IMG/VR virus record: IMGVR_UViG_3300042569_000831
Location: 2,008 to 66,007 of that record
DNA from: a virus
Taxonomy: Duplodnaviria > Caudoviricetes
Direction: 5' to 3' (one strand)
DNA: 64,000 bases
The position numbers and the translations under genes were made by a program. Within the stretch, counting starts at the first letter, position 1. The number at the start of each line of letters is the position of its first letter. Below the pieces are notes generated by a model. That model made no database searches. It worked only from the letters and a program-made list of their open reading frames with translations, and was not told where the DNA came from. Shown here piece by piece: positions 46,090 to 57,218 of this stretch.

Positions 46090-48080
46090 TGTATAGAAAA
46101 ATAGAAAACGGTACATTAGAAACTATTCAAGGCATAGACTGTTGGATTCCACCGGTCGGTTACGGCGTTGATAGGCTTACTAATGAATTGGTTTTTGTTG
46201 GCGTTCATACCTCCTCCCCTAGAAAAGCAGAGCAAAAGTTTGAGAGAATATTACTACCAAAAGATTACGACAAGAAGAGGGCTAAGGAAGAAGCCCGCAT
46301 GTCTCAGGACCCGGATTATTTTGACCCGGAGTTGGAGGAGATAAGGACTAAACATTGGAATTGGCGTAAGTGTGGATTTTGGTTTAAGAATAATGGCGTT
46401 GATACCTACATAACCGGCACCCATTGGTTTTACCTTAATTGGTGTGTAACCAATATTGGGTACATGGATTACCGTAATACTGACCGTAAAATATTTTATT
46501 GTTTACTGTCCTGCGAGACGGATGACCGTTCGGGGGGATTAGTTTACATATCACGGAGGAGGGGCGGGAAAACTTTTGCTGCGGGATCATGGATGCTAGA
46601 CCGTGTCAGTCTTGGGTTAGACAAGATTGGGGGAATACAAAGTAAGACCGATGAAGATGCTAAATTAGTGTTCAATAAAACGATTGTCAACTATTTCGTA
46701 AACCTTCCCCATTTCTTTAAGCCAATCTATGATACCTCTCAGGGATTAAGACCTAAAAAGGAATTAAGATTTTTCAAGCCTACTATTAAGGGGAAAAACT
46801 CAGACGCCATGTTGTTTGGCGATGAGCTCAGAAGTATAATCAACTTCGGGTCTTCCGAGCCTTTCCATTACGATGGTAACGCATTGTACGCCTACATATT
46901 GGATGAGTTTGGTAAGCCGCAAAGGTCTAACGTTTGGGATACTTTGAATATCGTAAGGTATTGTATGGACCAAGACGGCAGGTGGGTTGGTAAGGCGTTT
47001 ATTACTTCTACCATTGAGGACATGCAGGTTACAGGTAAAGGCCCTAAAGATATTTGGGTAAACTCTGACCAAAACGTTCGAGACGAAAACGGTCGTACTA
47101 CTTCCGGAATGTACAGAATATTCTTCGGTGCGCACGAATCTACCTTCTTTGACGAGTTCGGTAACGAAATGGTTGAGAAAGGTTTGACGTATTATAATAA
47201 CATGCGTAGTGGATTTAAAAATGATACTAGGCAATTATCGTCTATTATCAGAAAGAATCCATTTACTATTGAGGAGGCGTTTAGGATAGATGGGGACGAT
47301 TGCTTGTACGATGCAATGTTATTGAATGAAAGATTAGACTTACTTAGTTGGAAGGAGAATCTTACCACTAGGGGTAGTTTTGTGTGGGTTAACGGTGAGC
47401 GTGATTCTCGTGTAGAATTTCAGCCGTCTTTGAATGGTAAGTGGGAAGTAGCGTACCTTGATGACGAAAAATCAAACAGGATTCAGAAGAGAAGCGATCA
47501 GTACTACCCGAACAATCAGGAGTATGTGGCCGGTGTCGATCCCTTTGACCACATCAAGACCACGGACAGTAGAATGTCTAATGGTGCAATAGTTATTTTA
47601 AAAAAATATAGTCCGGTAGATGATAAGTATAATAATGCATTTGTTGCCAAGTATTGTTACAGACCTGATACTCCTCAGATATTTTATGAGGAAGTTATTA
47701 AGGCTTGTGTATATTATGGCTGTGAAGTGTTATTTGAGAATCAGAAAATAGGAATGCAGCATTATTTGACAGATCGGGGGTACTATAATTTCCTTATGTG
47801 GCTTCCTGAAAGAAACCAACCGGGTATTGCAGCTAGCCCTAAAACTACTCAGTACATAGCAGAAATAACTGACACTTACATTAAGGAAGACATTCAAAAC
47901 GTTTACTTTAAGGACTTAATTAAGGATTGGCTAGAGTTTGATACACTTAATACTACCGCTAGAGACTTATCTATGGCGGCCGGTTACACGTTGATAGCTG
48001 CTAGAAATAAACTAAAGAAGGTTAATAAAGAAGAAGTTGTTGAAGTAAAAGAATATTTTAGGTTAAATAAAATAAGATAA
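46089..48080 (+). CDS. terL: terminase large subunit
   Basis: 'ITGTHWFYL', Walker A SRRRGGKT, Walker B YILDEFGK, nuclease 'AGVDPFD', 'P.TIEEAF'. Confidence 0.95.
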   Translation: MYRKIENGTLETIQGIDCWIPPVGYGVDRLTNELVFVGVHTSSPRKAEQKFERILLPKDYDKKRAKEEARMSQDPDYFDPELEEIRTKHWNWRKCGFWFKNNGVDTYITGTHWFYLNWCVTNIGYMDYRNTDRKIFYCLLSCETDDRSGGLVYISRRRGGKTFAAGSWMLDRVSLGLDKIGGIQSKTDEDAKLVFNKTIVNYFVNLPHFFKPIYDTSQGLRPKKELRFFKPTIKGKNSDAMLFGDELRSIINFGSSEPFHYDGNALYAYILDEFGKPQRSNVWDTLNIVRYCMDQDGRWVGKAFITSTIEDMQVTGKGPKDIWVNSDQNVRDENGRTTSGMYRIFFGAHESTFFDEFGNEMVEKGLTYYNNMRSGFKNDTRQLSSIIRKNPFTIEEAFRIDGDDCLYDAMLLNERLDLLSWKENLTTRGSFVWVNGERDSRVEFQPSLNGKWEVAYLDDEKSNRIQKRSDQYYPNNQEYVAGVDPFDHIKTTDSRMSNGAIVILKKYSPVDDKYNNAFVAKYCYRPDTPQIFYEEVIKACVYYGCEVLFENQKIGMQHYLTDRGYYNFLMWLPERNQPGIAASPKTTQYIAEITDTYIKEDIQNVYFKDLIKDWLEFDTLNTTARDLSMAAGYTLIAARNKLKKVNKEEVVEVKEYFRLNKIR

Positions 48081-50507
48081 ATGGCAATTCCACAGAGTTT
48101 TCCGTCACATTTGATTCCGTCCAACGAGAAGGGGAGGGATTGGATACTACAGTATTGTAAAGCCGCTTGGTTTAATTTCGATACTGCTACTCCAAGGAAT
48201 ATCTTCTTTCATGCAAGGTACAACTACGAGCAGCAGAAGATGTATGCTTTTGGTAGTCAGTCTATTAATAAGTACAAGCCGTTACTTGGCGTTGACGAAG
48301 AAAGTAACGAAACTGCTTTAAATATAGATTGGTCAGTAATTCCTATCGTTCCTAAGTTTAGGAGAATTGCGCTAGGCAAACTGAATAAAATTGACTACAA
48401 TATTGTTGCTACTGCTATTGATGCGTTAGCTAACGAGGACGTAAACAAGTACTTCGATGAAGTTAAAGCGAAGATTATTATACGTGAACAAGCGGCTCAG
48501 ATAGACCCCGAACTGTTAGACAATCCGGCCCTTCAATTAAGTCCTAAGGAAGCCAAGGATTTGGAAGAGTTAGAAATGCAAATGAATTATACCTTTAAGC
48601 ATCAAATGAGTTTGGAGGCGGAGCAGGCTATTAAATTGGTATTGGAGCAGAACTTTATCGAGAAGATGAGGGAGAAAATCAAGGAAGATTTTTTTGACCA
48701 TGGTGTTGCCGGATACAAGGAGTGGATTGACAATAACGGTGCTATAAAAATCCGGGCAATTAATCCAAGAAACATTATATCTAACCACTGCAAGAATAAA
48801 GACTTTAGTGATGCCGAGTACGTTGGTGAGATTGTGGAGCTATCAATAGCAGACCTTAAGCAAATGGCGGGACGTCAATTCTCAGAAGAGGAATATCAGG
48901 ACATTGCCAAGAGAAACGTAGGTGCCTTCGGTAATCCTACCGATTGGCCGGTATCTTATTCCATCTACAATAGAGGTTACGATAAATTTAAGATACGTGT
49001 ACTAGACTTGGAGTTTTTCTCCGTGAACGAAATGGTGTACGAGGGCCGTGTTGACAAAAGAGGCAATAAGATTTATGCTCGTGCTAAGTTTGAAGATAGG
49101 AACAAGAAAAAAGACAAGTTCGAGAGATTTGCTTACAAGGTTGTTTACAAGGGTTGTTGGGTATTGAATACAGAATACATTTATGATTACGGTTTGCAGA
49201 CTGACATGAAGAGGGCTAAGAATAGTTTGATGGATACTACGTTGAATTATCACTTGTACGCTCCTGAGTTTTGGGATATGAGGGCTTTTGGAATGATGGA
49301 GCAGCTTATCCCTATCGCAGATGCTATTCAATTGAATTGGTATCACTTACAGAACGCCATAAACCAAGCAAGGCCAAAGGGTATTATTATTGAGATGGGC
49401 GCTTTGGAAGACATTCCGTTGGGTGCCGGTGGAAAGAAGCTTACGCCGATGAAGGTGTTAGACTTGTACAACAAGACGGGTACGTTAGTTTACAGAAAGT
49501 CTGACTCTCAGGGTAGGGCTACCAACTATAAACCTATTGAGGAATTAGAGAATGGTCTTGGCCGGGACGTTATGAACTATTGGCAATTAATCCAAAATAA
49601 TATTCAATTAATTCGTGATATTACCGGAATGAACGAGATGACCGATGGGTCAACTCCTGACGCAAGAACGCTTACCACTGTAGCCAAGTTGGCTTACGAA
49701 GGAACAAATAACGCATTGGCTCACATTGTTCAGGGCGACAAGAAGCTTTTGGAATCATTGTCTAACGCTATCGTCCTAAGAATGCAGGACGTAGTTCAGG
49801 CAGGAGAGGTGAAAGGTTACGTTAGGGCGTTGGGTAATAATACCATGAACTTTATTAGAGTTAATCCTAATTTGAGTTTACACGAGTTCGGTATATTCTT
49901 GGAGGATAAACCAACTGACGATCAAAGACAAATGCTAATGCAGCAGGTAATGTCAAGTCAAGCGAGCGGTTTACTTGACATCGAGGATTCTATTATCATA
50001 CAAAATACCGATAACCTTAAGGTTGCTCAGCAGATGTTGGCGTACAAGATTAAGAAGAGAAGGGAAGAAGAAGAGAAGAAGGCTATCAGAATGCAGCAGA
50101 TGAATGCAGAAACTCAGCAGCAGTCGGCATTGGTTGCAGAGCAAGCTAAACAGCAGACTATGCAGGTTGAGGGTCAGGTTAAAGCTCAGGTTGAGCAAAT
50201 TAAAGGTGAAGTTGAGGGTAAGTTAATAGAGCTTAAGTATAAGTACGAATTAATGTTGGAGGAGATGAGACAGACCGGGAAGTACGTTACTAAGCGTGTT
50301 GAGAATAAGGGTAACAAGAGTGTTGCTAAAATTAAGACCGGACAGATTGATGATGAGGATGATGATTTGAGTTCTGAGTTTCAGGCTCAGCAGGTGGACG
50401 AGCAGCAGATGGCGGAGCAGCAAATGATAGAGCAGCAGATGAATCAACAACAAGCAATTCCGGAGGATTTTTCTAATACTCCTTCTGACGAACTAATAAC
50501 TGAATAG
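48081..50507 (+). CDS. portal protein
   Basis: 808 aa after TerL; 'IPIVPKF', 'IRDITGMNE..DG', long Gln-rich C-terminal barrel helix. Confidence 0.9.
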   Translation: MAIPQSFPSHLIPSNEKGRDWILQYCKAAWFNFDTATPRNIFFHARYNYEQQKMYAFGSQSINKYKPLLGVDEESNETALNIDWSVIPIVPKFRRIALGKLNKIDYNIVATAIDALANEDVNKYFDEVKAKIIIREQAAQIDPELLDNPALQLSPKEAKDLEELEMQMNYTFKHQMSLEAEQAIKLVLEQNFIEKMREKIKEDFFDHGVAGYKEWIDNNGAIKIRAINPRNIISNHCKNKDFSDAEYVGEIVELSIADLKQMAGRQFSEEEYQDIAKRNVGAFGNPTDWPVSYSIYNRGYDKFKIRVLDLEFFSVNEMVYEGRVDKRGNKIYARAKFEDRNKKKDKFERFAYKVVYKGCWVLNTEYIYDYGLQTDMKRAKNSLMDTTLNYHLYAPEFWDMRAFGMMEQLIPIADAIQLNWYHLQNAINQARPKGIIIEMGALEDIPLGAGGKKLTPMKVLDLYNKTGTLVYRKSDSQGRATNYKPIEELENGLGRDVMNYWQLIQNNIQLIRDITGMNEMTDGSTPDARTLTTVAKLAYEGTNNALAHIVQGDKKLLESLSNAIVLRMQDVVQAGEVKGYVRALGNNTMNFIRVNPNLSLHEFGIFLEDKPTDDQRQMLMQQVMSSQASGLLDIEDSIIIQNTDNLKVAQQMLAYKIKKRREEEEKKAIRMQQMNAETQQQSALVAEQAKQQTMQVEGQVKAQVEQIKGEVEGKLIELKYKYELMLEEMRQTGKYVTKRVENKGNKSVAKIKTGQIDDEDDDLSSEFQAQQVDEQQMAEQQMIEQQMNQQQAIPEDFSNTPSDELITE

Positions 50508-50509
50508 AT

Positions 50510-51691
50510 ATGAATCTTAACTTAATTATTCCCGAAGGATTTGCAACTGACGGGTTAAAGAAAAAAGAGGCCCCCGAACCGGTACCTTTAGTAAAGGCCG
50601 GGGGTATTGCAAATAACTCTCAGCTTGCGCCAACCGAAGGTGACACACCCGATATCCTTAAAAAGAAGGCAGAAGACCGGGCTAAGCTTTGGGATACATC
50701 AAATATTGATGATATAAATCAGCGTGTTAAAATAAACGAGAACAGGATAAAGTTTGGCGTTAATGATAAAGAGAAATACAATTGGGATAAACAAGAGTTG
50801 TATCAATCTTTGAACACGCCATTGCCTATTGACAACAAGACTGTTACCGAACTTTCCGGCCAAGCAGCTAAAAAGATTGGCATTAGCCCGGAGCTTCTTT
50901 CTATGAATATGCTACAGGAGGGAGTTCGGGGGATAGTAAAGCAAGGTCTAGCTAAATCACAAGCCTACGATGAGGCGAATATAGACAAAGAAAAGTACAA
51001 GATAGATGGAGGAGCCTTGAACTACGGATTAGACAACTTCGGCGATATGGCCGACATGTTTAAAAAGAAGGGTTATCTTCCTAAGGATTTTGATTTTGCT
51101 AAAGTTCCCGGTACTAATAACAGAGGTGTTGTTGCCAACGGTCCGGCATTTAAAAATAACGAAGACGCCATGGTTGCGGTTGCTGCTTATCTTAAGTACA
51201 ACCAAGATCAGGTTAGCGATTACGCCAAAGAGAAGGGTGTTAAGCTTACAGAAGAGGCTAAGGATTACTTGACAAGTAAGGCTTATAATTCCGGGCCGAA
51301 AAGGGCTAACGAAATTATAGACGGCATCAAGTCCGGGAAAGTAAAGATGGAAGACTTTGAGGGTAATGCTGATAAGATGCAGGGCAAAACGAACGCTCAT
51401 TTTAATATCGGCGCTAGAATGTGGATTAGGAATCAATTAAAAAATCCTGATGCATTAAAAGGCGAGGGGTCTAATGTAAAGCAAGAGCAGCCGGCACCCA
51501 AGAAACAACAGTCAGATCCTAAATGGAATAGCGTAAACATTGTTCCTAATATGGAGTCGGGCACAATGATAATGAAAAACAGTTCGGGGGACGCTATTGA
51601 TTTAGGTGTAGATATTTCTGAATGGAAAAAGCTTAGTCCTCAGGAAAAGGTAGCTATAACTTCCAAAGCAAGGCCCATAAATCACCCCTGA
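50510..51691 (+). CDS. putative lysozyme/lytic-transglycosylase-like virion protein
   Basis: 'AAKKIGISPELL...QEG...YGL...AVAAYLK...AYNSGP' SLT-like motif order. Confidence 0.55.
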   Translation: MNLNLIIPEGFATDGLKKKEAPEPVPLVKAGGIANNSQLAPTEGDTPDILKKKAEDRAKLWDTSNIDDINQRVKINENRIKFGVNDKEKYNWDKQELYQSLNTPLPIDNKTVTELSGQAAKKIGISPELLSMNMLQEGVRGIVKQGLAKSQAYDEANIDKEKYKIDGGALNYGLDNFGDMADMFKKKGYLPKDFDFAKVPGTNNRGVVANGPAFKNNEDAMVAVAAYLKYNQDQVSDYAKEKGVKLTEEAKDYLTSKAYNSGPKRANEIIDGIKSGKVKMEDFEGNADKMQGKTNAHFNIGARMWIRNQLKNPDALKGEGSNVKQEQPAPKKQQSDPKWNSVNIVPNMESGTMIMKNSSGDAIDLGVDISEWKKLSPQEKVAITSKARPINHP

Positions 51692-51747
51692 TTTTTAACT
51701 ATAATATAAACTGTTAATATCAATTTTGTAAAACCAAATTATAAACA

Positions 51748-52743
51748 ATGAGTGAAGAACTAGATTTTAGTACTTTGAAATTAGATGACATAAGTGTAGG
51801 TGGTCAGCCTTTAGTTGCTCCTAGTGAAGCGCAAGCAGAACCTAGTCAGCCGGAAACAGTAAACACGCCCACAGAACAAGTGGTCGATCCTGTTGAAACT
51901 CCTGCTGAAACTCCTGCTGAGCAGCCCGTTGAAACGGTTGCTGATCAGGTAAGTGCTGAGTACAAGTTTAAAGATGATTTCATCAAAGGCGTTGTAGATT
52001 TCTACGAAAAGACCGGAGATATATCAGCTTACTTACAAGCAAAACTTACCGACTTTAATCAGATGTCTGACGAAGAGATTATGAGACGTAGTCTTAAAGA
52101 GCAGTACCCTGATGTTTCTGAAAAAGCTTTTGAAAGGCTTTATCAGCAACAAGTTGGTGACAAATATAAACTAGACGCAGATGTGTACGATGAAGATGAT
52201 GTGCTGCTTGGTAGAGAATTACTGAAAGGTGAAGCTGATAAGGCACGTCAAAAGTACATGGATTGGCAAAAAAACTTTTCGGCACCGGAACCAAAAAGTG
52301 AAAATACCCAACCTGACACATCTGTTTCAGATGCGATTCAAAAATTCAACGAGACTGTTAAGTCTGATGCTAACACCAAGTCTCTCTTAGAAAACAAGAG
52401 AATTGTTGTAGGGGGAGGTGAATCAGAGTTTAACTATGAAGTTCCGGAGGTTGAATCGCTATTAGAAATGACACTCGACAATGACAAGTTCTTTTCGCAG
52501 TTTGCTTTAGGCGAGGGCAAAGTGGATCTTAACAAGTGGTACAAGATGGCTGCTTACAGTAAGAACCCTGAGCTTTTTGAAAAATCCCTAATCAATCACG
52601 GCAAGGCTCTTGGCAGGCAAGAGGTCACAAAAGAAATCAAGAATCCTTCTCAGGCTCTTAAGGGGGATATTCCTACTGAGAGTTCGGGAGACTTCGCTTC
52701 GGGATTACTGCAAGCGTTTGCTGATAGAGGGGTTCATAAATAA
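51748..52743 (+). CDS. scaffolding protein
   Basis: Acidic Pro/Glu-rich N-terminus; directly upstream of the capsid gene. Confidence 0.7.
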   Translation: MSEELDFSTLKLDDISVGGQPLVAPSEAQAEPSQPETVNTPTEQVVDPVETPAETPAEQPVETVADQVSAEYKFKDDFIKGVVDFYEKTGDISAYLQAKLTDFNQMSDEEIMRRSLKEQYPDVSEKAFERLYQQQVGDKYKLDADVYDEDDVLLGRELLKGEADKARQKYMDWQKNFSAPEPKSENTQPDTSVSDAIQKFNETVKSDANTKSLLENKRIVVGGGESEFNYEVPEVESLLEMTLDNDKFFSQFALGEGKVDLNKWYKMAAYSKNPELFEKSLINHGKALGRQEVTKEIKNPSQALKGDIPTESSGDFASGLLQAFADRGVHK

Positions 52744-52769
52744 TTTAACCCAATTTAAAAAAATAACAA

Positions 52770-54071
52770 ATGGCTATTAGTACAGGTTTATTGGATAAGA
52801 AGTACGTGTCTTCTATCTCGTTCTTGGATCAACGTGAGATCCTTAATAAAGTGTTGGACATCACCAACGAAGAAAGTTCATTCCTAGATGTAATGGAATT
52901 GAGTGGTCGTTCTACGCCTACTGCTGTTCCGTCTTACCATCACTTTGTGAATGAAGAGTTGTATGTAATTGGTACGGCTGCTGCTGTTACCGGTTCGGGT
53001 ACTACTTCATTAACAATTACATTGGATGCTACTTCTGCCGCTGCAACAACTGTTGGCGAGTTGGTATTGTTCCCTAACAAGAATGTAGGTTACATTTTCT
53101 CTAAGAACAACTTAGATATCGTTGTTAAGAGTGTTGATGGAACTAACTTGGTTTTAGCTTCTACAAACAAAATTTCATTCTTCTCTACTGCATCAGGTGA
53201 AGGTTCTCTTTCTCCGGAAGCTAAGAAGTGGGGTGTTATTAAGTACTACAACCAAGTTCAGACCTTCAAGGGTAAGTTTACTATCACTGATATTCAAAAG
53301 ACCTCTAAGGTTGAAGTTGAGTTCCAAGGCAAGCCGTTCTACATGTACAAGGGTCAGCACGAGAGCTTAATGAAGTTCCGTGGCGATATTTCTGCTGCTT
53401 TAATGTTCGGTAAGATGAGTGCTACTCAGTACGGTGACGCTTCTCCTGTTCTTGTTGATTCAGAAGGAAAGGCTATCCAAACTACTGCCGGTCTTGATCA
53501 GTACACGACTAGCTACGGTATCAATCAGGACTTAGCTACCGCAGGTACTTTAGCTTTAGCCGATATCACCTCTTTGACTCAGAAATTAAACGCTGCTCGT
53601 TGCCCACAAGAGTACTTCTTGTTTACAGGTACTACTCAGAACATTGCATGGGATAACTTCTTCAATGCATTAGGTAACGGTGCGATTGTTTCTCAGGCTG
53701 CAAGATTCCAAATCAACTCTAAGTTAGACTTAGGAATTGACAGTGTGAAAATCTATGGTCGTACCTTCCACAAGAAATACTTGCCATTGTTAGATCACAA
53801 GAACATTGTTAACTTTACCGGTGGACCTAACTTTGCTTCTTCTGCTTACGGTGCTCCTGCTACCAAGCAAAAGACTATTGATGGTCAAATGGTTGATCGT
53901 ATCGGTACAAGATACATGGTTGGAGATGGTACTGACTTAAAATATCGTGAGATTGTTTTAGGTGGACTTGCTCCGGTTCCTACTAACGAAAGATCTGTAT
54001 TAGAGTTACACTACTCTTCTACTCAGGGTCTTGAAATCTTAGGTGCTAATCAGTTCTTCAAGATAGTTTAG
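52770..54071 (+). CDS. major capsid protein
   Basis: 433 aa, strong codon bias, 'NQVQTFK', 'ALMFG', 'T.GL' HK97-fold hallmarks; followed by a terminator. Confidence 0.85.
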   Translation: MAISTGLLDKKYVSSISFLDQREILNKVLDITNEESSFLDVMELSGRSTPTAVPSYHHFVNEELYVIGTAAAVTGSGTTSLTITLDATSAAATTVGELVLFPNKNVGYIFSKNNLDIVVKSVDGTNLVLASTNKISFFSTASGEGSLSPEAKKWGVIKYYNQVQTFKGKFTITDIQKTSKVEVEFQGKPFYMYKGQHESLMKFRGDISAALMFGKMSATQYGDASPVLVDSEGKAIQTTAGLDQYTTSYGINQDLATAGTLALADITSLTQKLNAARCPQEYFLFTGTTQNIAWDNFFNALGNGAIVSQAARFQINSKLDLGIDSVKIYGRTFHKKYLPLLDHKNIVNFTGGPNFASSAYGAPATKQKTIDGQMVDRIGTRYMVGDGTDLKYREIVLGGLAPVPTNERSVLELHYSSTQGLEILGANQFFKIV

Positions 54072-54080
54072 TTCTAAATA

Positions 54081-54104
54081 AGGGAGTCATTAATTTGGCT
54101 CCCT
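54081..54104 (+). terminator. hairpin after the capsid gene
   Basis: AGGGAGTCA-ttaatt-TGGCTCCCT. Confidence 0.6.
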
Positions 54105-54133
54105 TAATATTTTAATAACCAACAAATAAAGAG

Positions 54134-54961
54134 ATGAAAAAAACGAAATTGTATAACAATTTGCCTGACAAGTTGTTAAAAAAAATGTTGCTTAAACCGG
54201 GGGAGAGAGTTGTCTACAAGTTATACAACATTACTTCCGCTCCAATGGACCCAACTAGATTAGCCATCCCGGCCTATAGGAATGTTCCGCCGATTGATCA
54301 GATTTACGATAAAGAATCAGAGTCGTACATTGACATTGCTGCCGTAAAATCGGTAGACGCAGAGGGTAATCATACCTTCCATGATATTTACTTCACATCT
54401 CAGCAAGCCGGCCACATGATCCTGTTCGGGGGTAGAGCTGTTGATCAGGAAATTCACAGTTACTTATCATTATGTAATCATAATGCATCCAATAAAGACA
54501 GGGACACTACAAAAGAAGTTATATTTGAATTGGTTGATGAGGAAGCTAAAGCAGAAAAAGAATCTACCACACGTAATAAGAAGCGTGACGCCTTAAATAT
54601 TGCCGCTGATTTAACTCCGGAAGATGTTAAGGATTACACTGCTGCATTGGGTAAGAGCGAAGACAGGCCAATTAAAGTTCTTAGAAATGAATTAGAGGCC
54701 TTGGCGGATAGAGATCCTGAGGAGTTCTTAAGCTTGATTAATAACAAGCAAGCTGTAATGAAAGCTACCATTAACAGGGCATTAGCTAAAGGCGCTATCT
54801 TATTCTCAGAAGAGCAATCTATGTACAAGTGGGCGAACGGAGAAGCTATCCTCACTGTTGCACGAGGAACAGAAGCGATTGACGAGTTTGTTTCATTCTG
54901 TGTTAGCTCTGCTAAGGGAGAAAAAGTATATCAAAATTTACAATCAAAATCAAAAAAGTAG
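54134..54961 (+). CDS. conserved crAss-like protein downstream of the capsid gene
   Basis: Helical C-terminal half 'LRNEL..LA..DPEEFL'; conserved position. Confidence 0.55.
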   Translation: MKKTKLYNNLPDKLLKKMLLKPGERVVYKLYNITSAPMDPTRLAIPAYRNVPPIDQIYDKESESYIDIAAVKSVDAEGNHTFHDIYFTSQQAGHMILFGGRAVDQEIHSYLSLCNHNASNKDRDTTKEVIFELVDEEAKAEKESTTRNKKRDALNIAADLTPEDVKDYTAALGKSEDRPIKVLRNELEALADRDPEEFLSLINNKQAVMKATINRALAKGAILFSEEQSMYKWANGEAILTVARGTEAIDEFVSFCVSSAKGEKVYQNLQSKSKK

Positions 54962-55012
54962 GGACCTAGTCTACAACTAGACAAGGGTTCATTCTCTGTT
55001 TTTGGTTTGGTT

Positions 55013-55044
55013 ACCCCGTCTAATTCTTTAGATGGGGTTTTTTA
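55013..55044 (+). terminator. intrinsic terminator
   Basis: ACCCCGTCTAA...TTAGATGGGGT followed by a T-run. Confidence 0.75.
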
Positions 55045-55093
55045 TAAGGGTATTTTATTGATGTAAAAGTTATTATATAGTTAATTTTGCAGA

Positions 55094-57217
55094 ATGCCAA
55101 CAATAGCAAACGTTTCATTTAATGTGAAGTTCGACTTAACGGGAGTCCCTTCTCTTGTTCTTACGGACACTACATCGAGTGCTCCTACAGGATTGGTTGG
55201 AATATTTGAAATTACTCAACCTGACAAATACACCCGTTCGGGGGATATAAATTCACCTGACGTTTCATCTGCCGGTGATGATTTTACTTACCCATTAAGA
55301 TTAGATTCTTTAGGTAAAACACAATGCGGAACTTATACAATTAAATACACGGCTAACGCTCCGGGGTATTTATCTACTGACTTTACTAGAACATTTGTTT
55401 TTCAATACGTAGCTTCTGAATTAGTTTTAACAGAAGATTTTGATGTTTTTACCCCCGAACTGAGATATTTAGACGATACTGTCTACGCTCAATCGGGTTA
55501 TACAAATTCTAGCGTATCAAGAAGTTGGTCCGCAATATCTACCCCTACCGGTACAATAACCGGAACGGCTCAGATATTTGACATGAAGTATAATACTAAA
55601 TACTACTCTGCTGTATATTCTGTTAGTTTAACTTCTGCTTTAACTTATACAAGCACAACGTACCCTTGGCTTACAATACAAGAGTCTTTATCGGGAACCG
55701 CTTCTTCTTGTGCGGGCGTTCCTCCGGGAGTTGAAGAAATTATTCAGCAGATTTCTGATATAAAATTAGAGTACGATAATAGTGTTAATGCATGCAAGGA
55801 AAGAGTTGATTTAAAGGCTCAGTTTGAATGGGCCGAAACATTATTTCAACATATAATTGACAGGGTTAGTATTGGCGATACTGATAATATATCTAACGAC
55901 CTGTTTGATTTGATTAAGGTATTGAATAATAATCAATACGTATGCAACCCTACTAATGCAATCATACCTCCTTACGATATAAACCAATTAATTAGCTCTG
56001 CTATTTGGGGGTATATAGTTGGAGATATAACTCAACAAACTGATTTAATGTTGCTTCTTGCGCAGAAGCAGGATGATATAACGCTTACTACTATTGGAGA
56101 AAGCGGACCGGCTACTTTTAACCCTACTACTTCTGTTTTAAATATACCTAATTACCAAGGTGGCGTTACTTCATTTAATACTCGTACCGGTGCAATTACC
56201 TTAACAAATGGAGATGTTGTTTCTGCGTTAGGGTTTACGCCTGAAAATGTTGCCAATAAAAGCACAAGTACTAGTTTAGGCACTAGTAATACGTTGTACC
56301 CAACTCAGAATGCAGTAAAGGTTTACGTAGACTCGCAGGTTGCGGGTGCCACTATACCTGACGCTACGGCTACCGTAAAGGGTAAATTAAAGTTGACAGG
56401 AGATTTGGGAGGTACGGCAGATTCGCCTACTGTTCCTGATCTTGCAAATAAAGAGCCATTAATAAGTGCCGGAACCACTTCTCAGTATTGGAGGGGAGAT
56501 AAGAGTTGGCAAACGTTAGATAAGTCTGCGGTAGGATTAAGTAATGTTGACAATACTAGTGATGCAGATAAGCCAATTAGCGATGATACTCAGGATGCGT
56601 TAGATTTAAAAGAAGATGTTGCCAATAAAAGTACTGACGTAAATTTAGGTACTAGTGATACTCTGTACCCTTCTCAGAAGGCGGTTAAGGAGTATGTAGA
56701 CGGTAAGTTGGTTACTAATATAAGATCGGTACAGACTTTTAATGCAACTGCCGGGCAGACTTCGTTTACTATTTCGGGCGGATATACTGTAGGACAGGTT
56801 GATGTTTTTATAAATGGTGATAGGCAGACGAGTTCTGAATACACTGCGACTAATGGAACTAGTATAAGTTTCACTTCGGGATTAGTTTTAAATGACGTTG
56901 TTGATGTTGTTATATACACGGTGTCTACCGGACTGACCGGAACTATGACTGTGTCTACTAGCGGGTTCGGGGATAATATAAGTTACAATCCTATAACCGA
57001 TGTGCTTGTAATTGACAAGTATAATTGGATGGACCTAGCTCGGGGATATACTGTTGAGCCAACTTTGTTTTCATCATCTGCATCAGCAGAGGTTTACGAA
57101 TACGTGTACACAACATCTACATTTTACAGAAACATAAAAACAGACGGAACAGAAGATGCGTTTTATAGCGACAGCGCATTGACAATTAAATTGTGTGATA
57201 AAAAGATAATAATATAA
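55094..57217 (+). CDS. tail hub/fibre protein
   Basis: Fibre repeats 'E.VANKST...LYP.Q.AVK.YVD' x2, 'VGLSNVDNTSD.DKP', 'ATAGQTSF'. Confidence 0.75.
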   Translation: MPTIANVSFNVKFDLTGVPSLVLTDTTSSAPTGLVGIFEITQPDKYTRSGDINSPDVSSAGDDFTYPLRLDSLGKTQCGTYTIKYTANAPGYLSTDFTRTFVFQYVASELVLTEDFDVFTPELRYLDDTVYAQSGYTNSSVSRSWSAISTPTGTITGTAQIFDMKYNTKYYSAVYSVSLTSALTYTSTTYPWLTIQESLSGTASSCAGVPPGVEEIIQQISDIKLEYDNSVNACKERVDLKAQFEWAETLFQHIIDRVSIGDTDNISNDLFDLIKVLNNNQYVCNPTNAIIPPYDINQLISSAIWGYIVGDITQQTDLMLLLAQKQDDITLTTIGESGPATFNPTTSVLNIPNYQGGVTSFNTRTGAITLTNGDVVSALGFTPENVANKSTSTSLGTSNTLYPTQNAVKVYVDSQVAGATIPDATATVKGKLKLTGDLGGTADSPTVPDLANKEPLISAGTTSQYWRGDKSWQTLDKSAVGLSNVDNTSDADKPISDDTQDALDLKEDVANKSTDVNLGTSDTLYPSQKAVKEYVDGKLVTNIRSVQTFNATAGQTSFTISGGYTVGQVDVFINGDRQTSSEYTATNGTSISFTSGLVLNDVVDVVIYTVSTGLTGTMTVSTSGFGDNISYNPITDVLVIDKYNWMDLARGYTVEPTLFSSSASAEVYEYVYTTSTFYRNIKTDGTEDAFYSDSALTIKLCDKKIII

Positions 57218-57218
57218 T

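Noticed and set aside
46089-54071. Introns or inteins in terminase, portal or capsid
   Set aside because: The ORFs are continuous and of ordinary length, with no intein motifs seen
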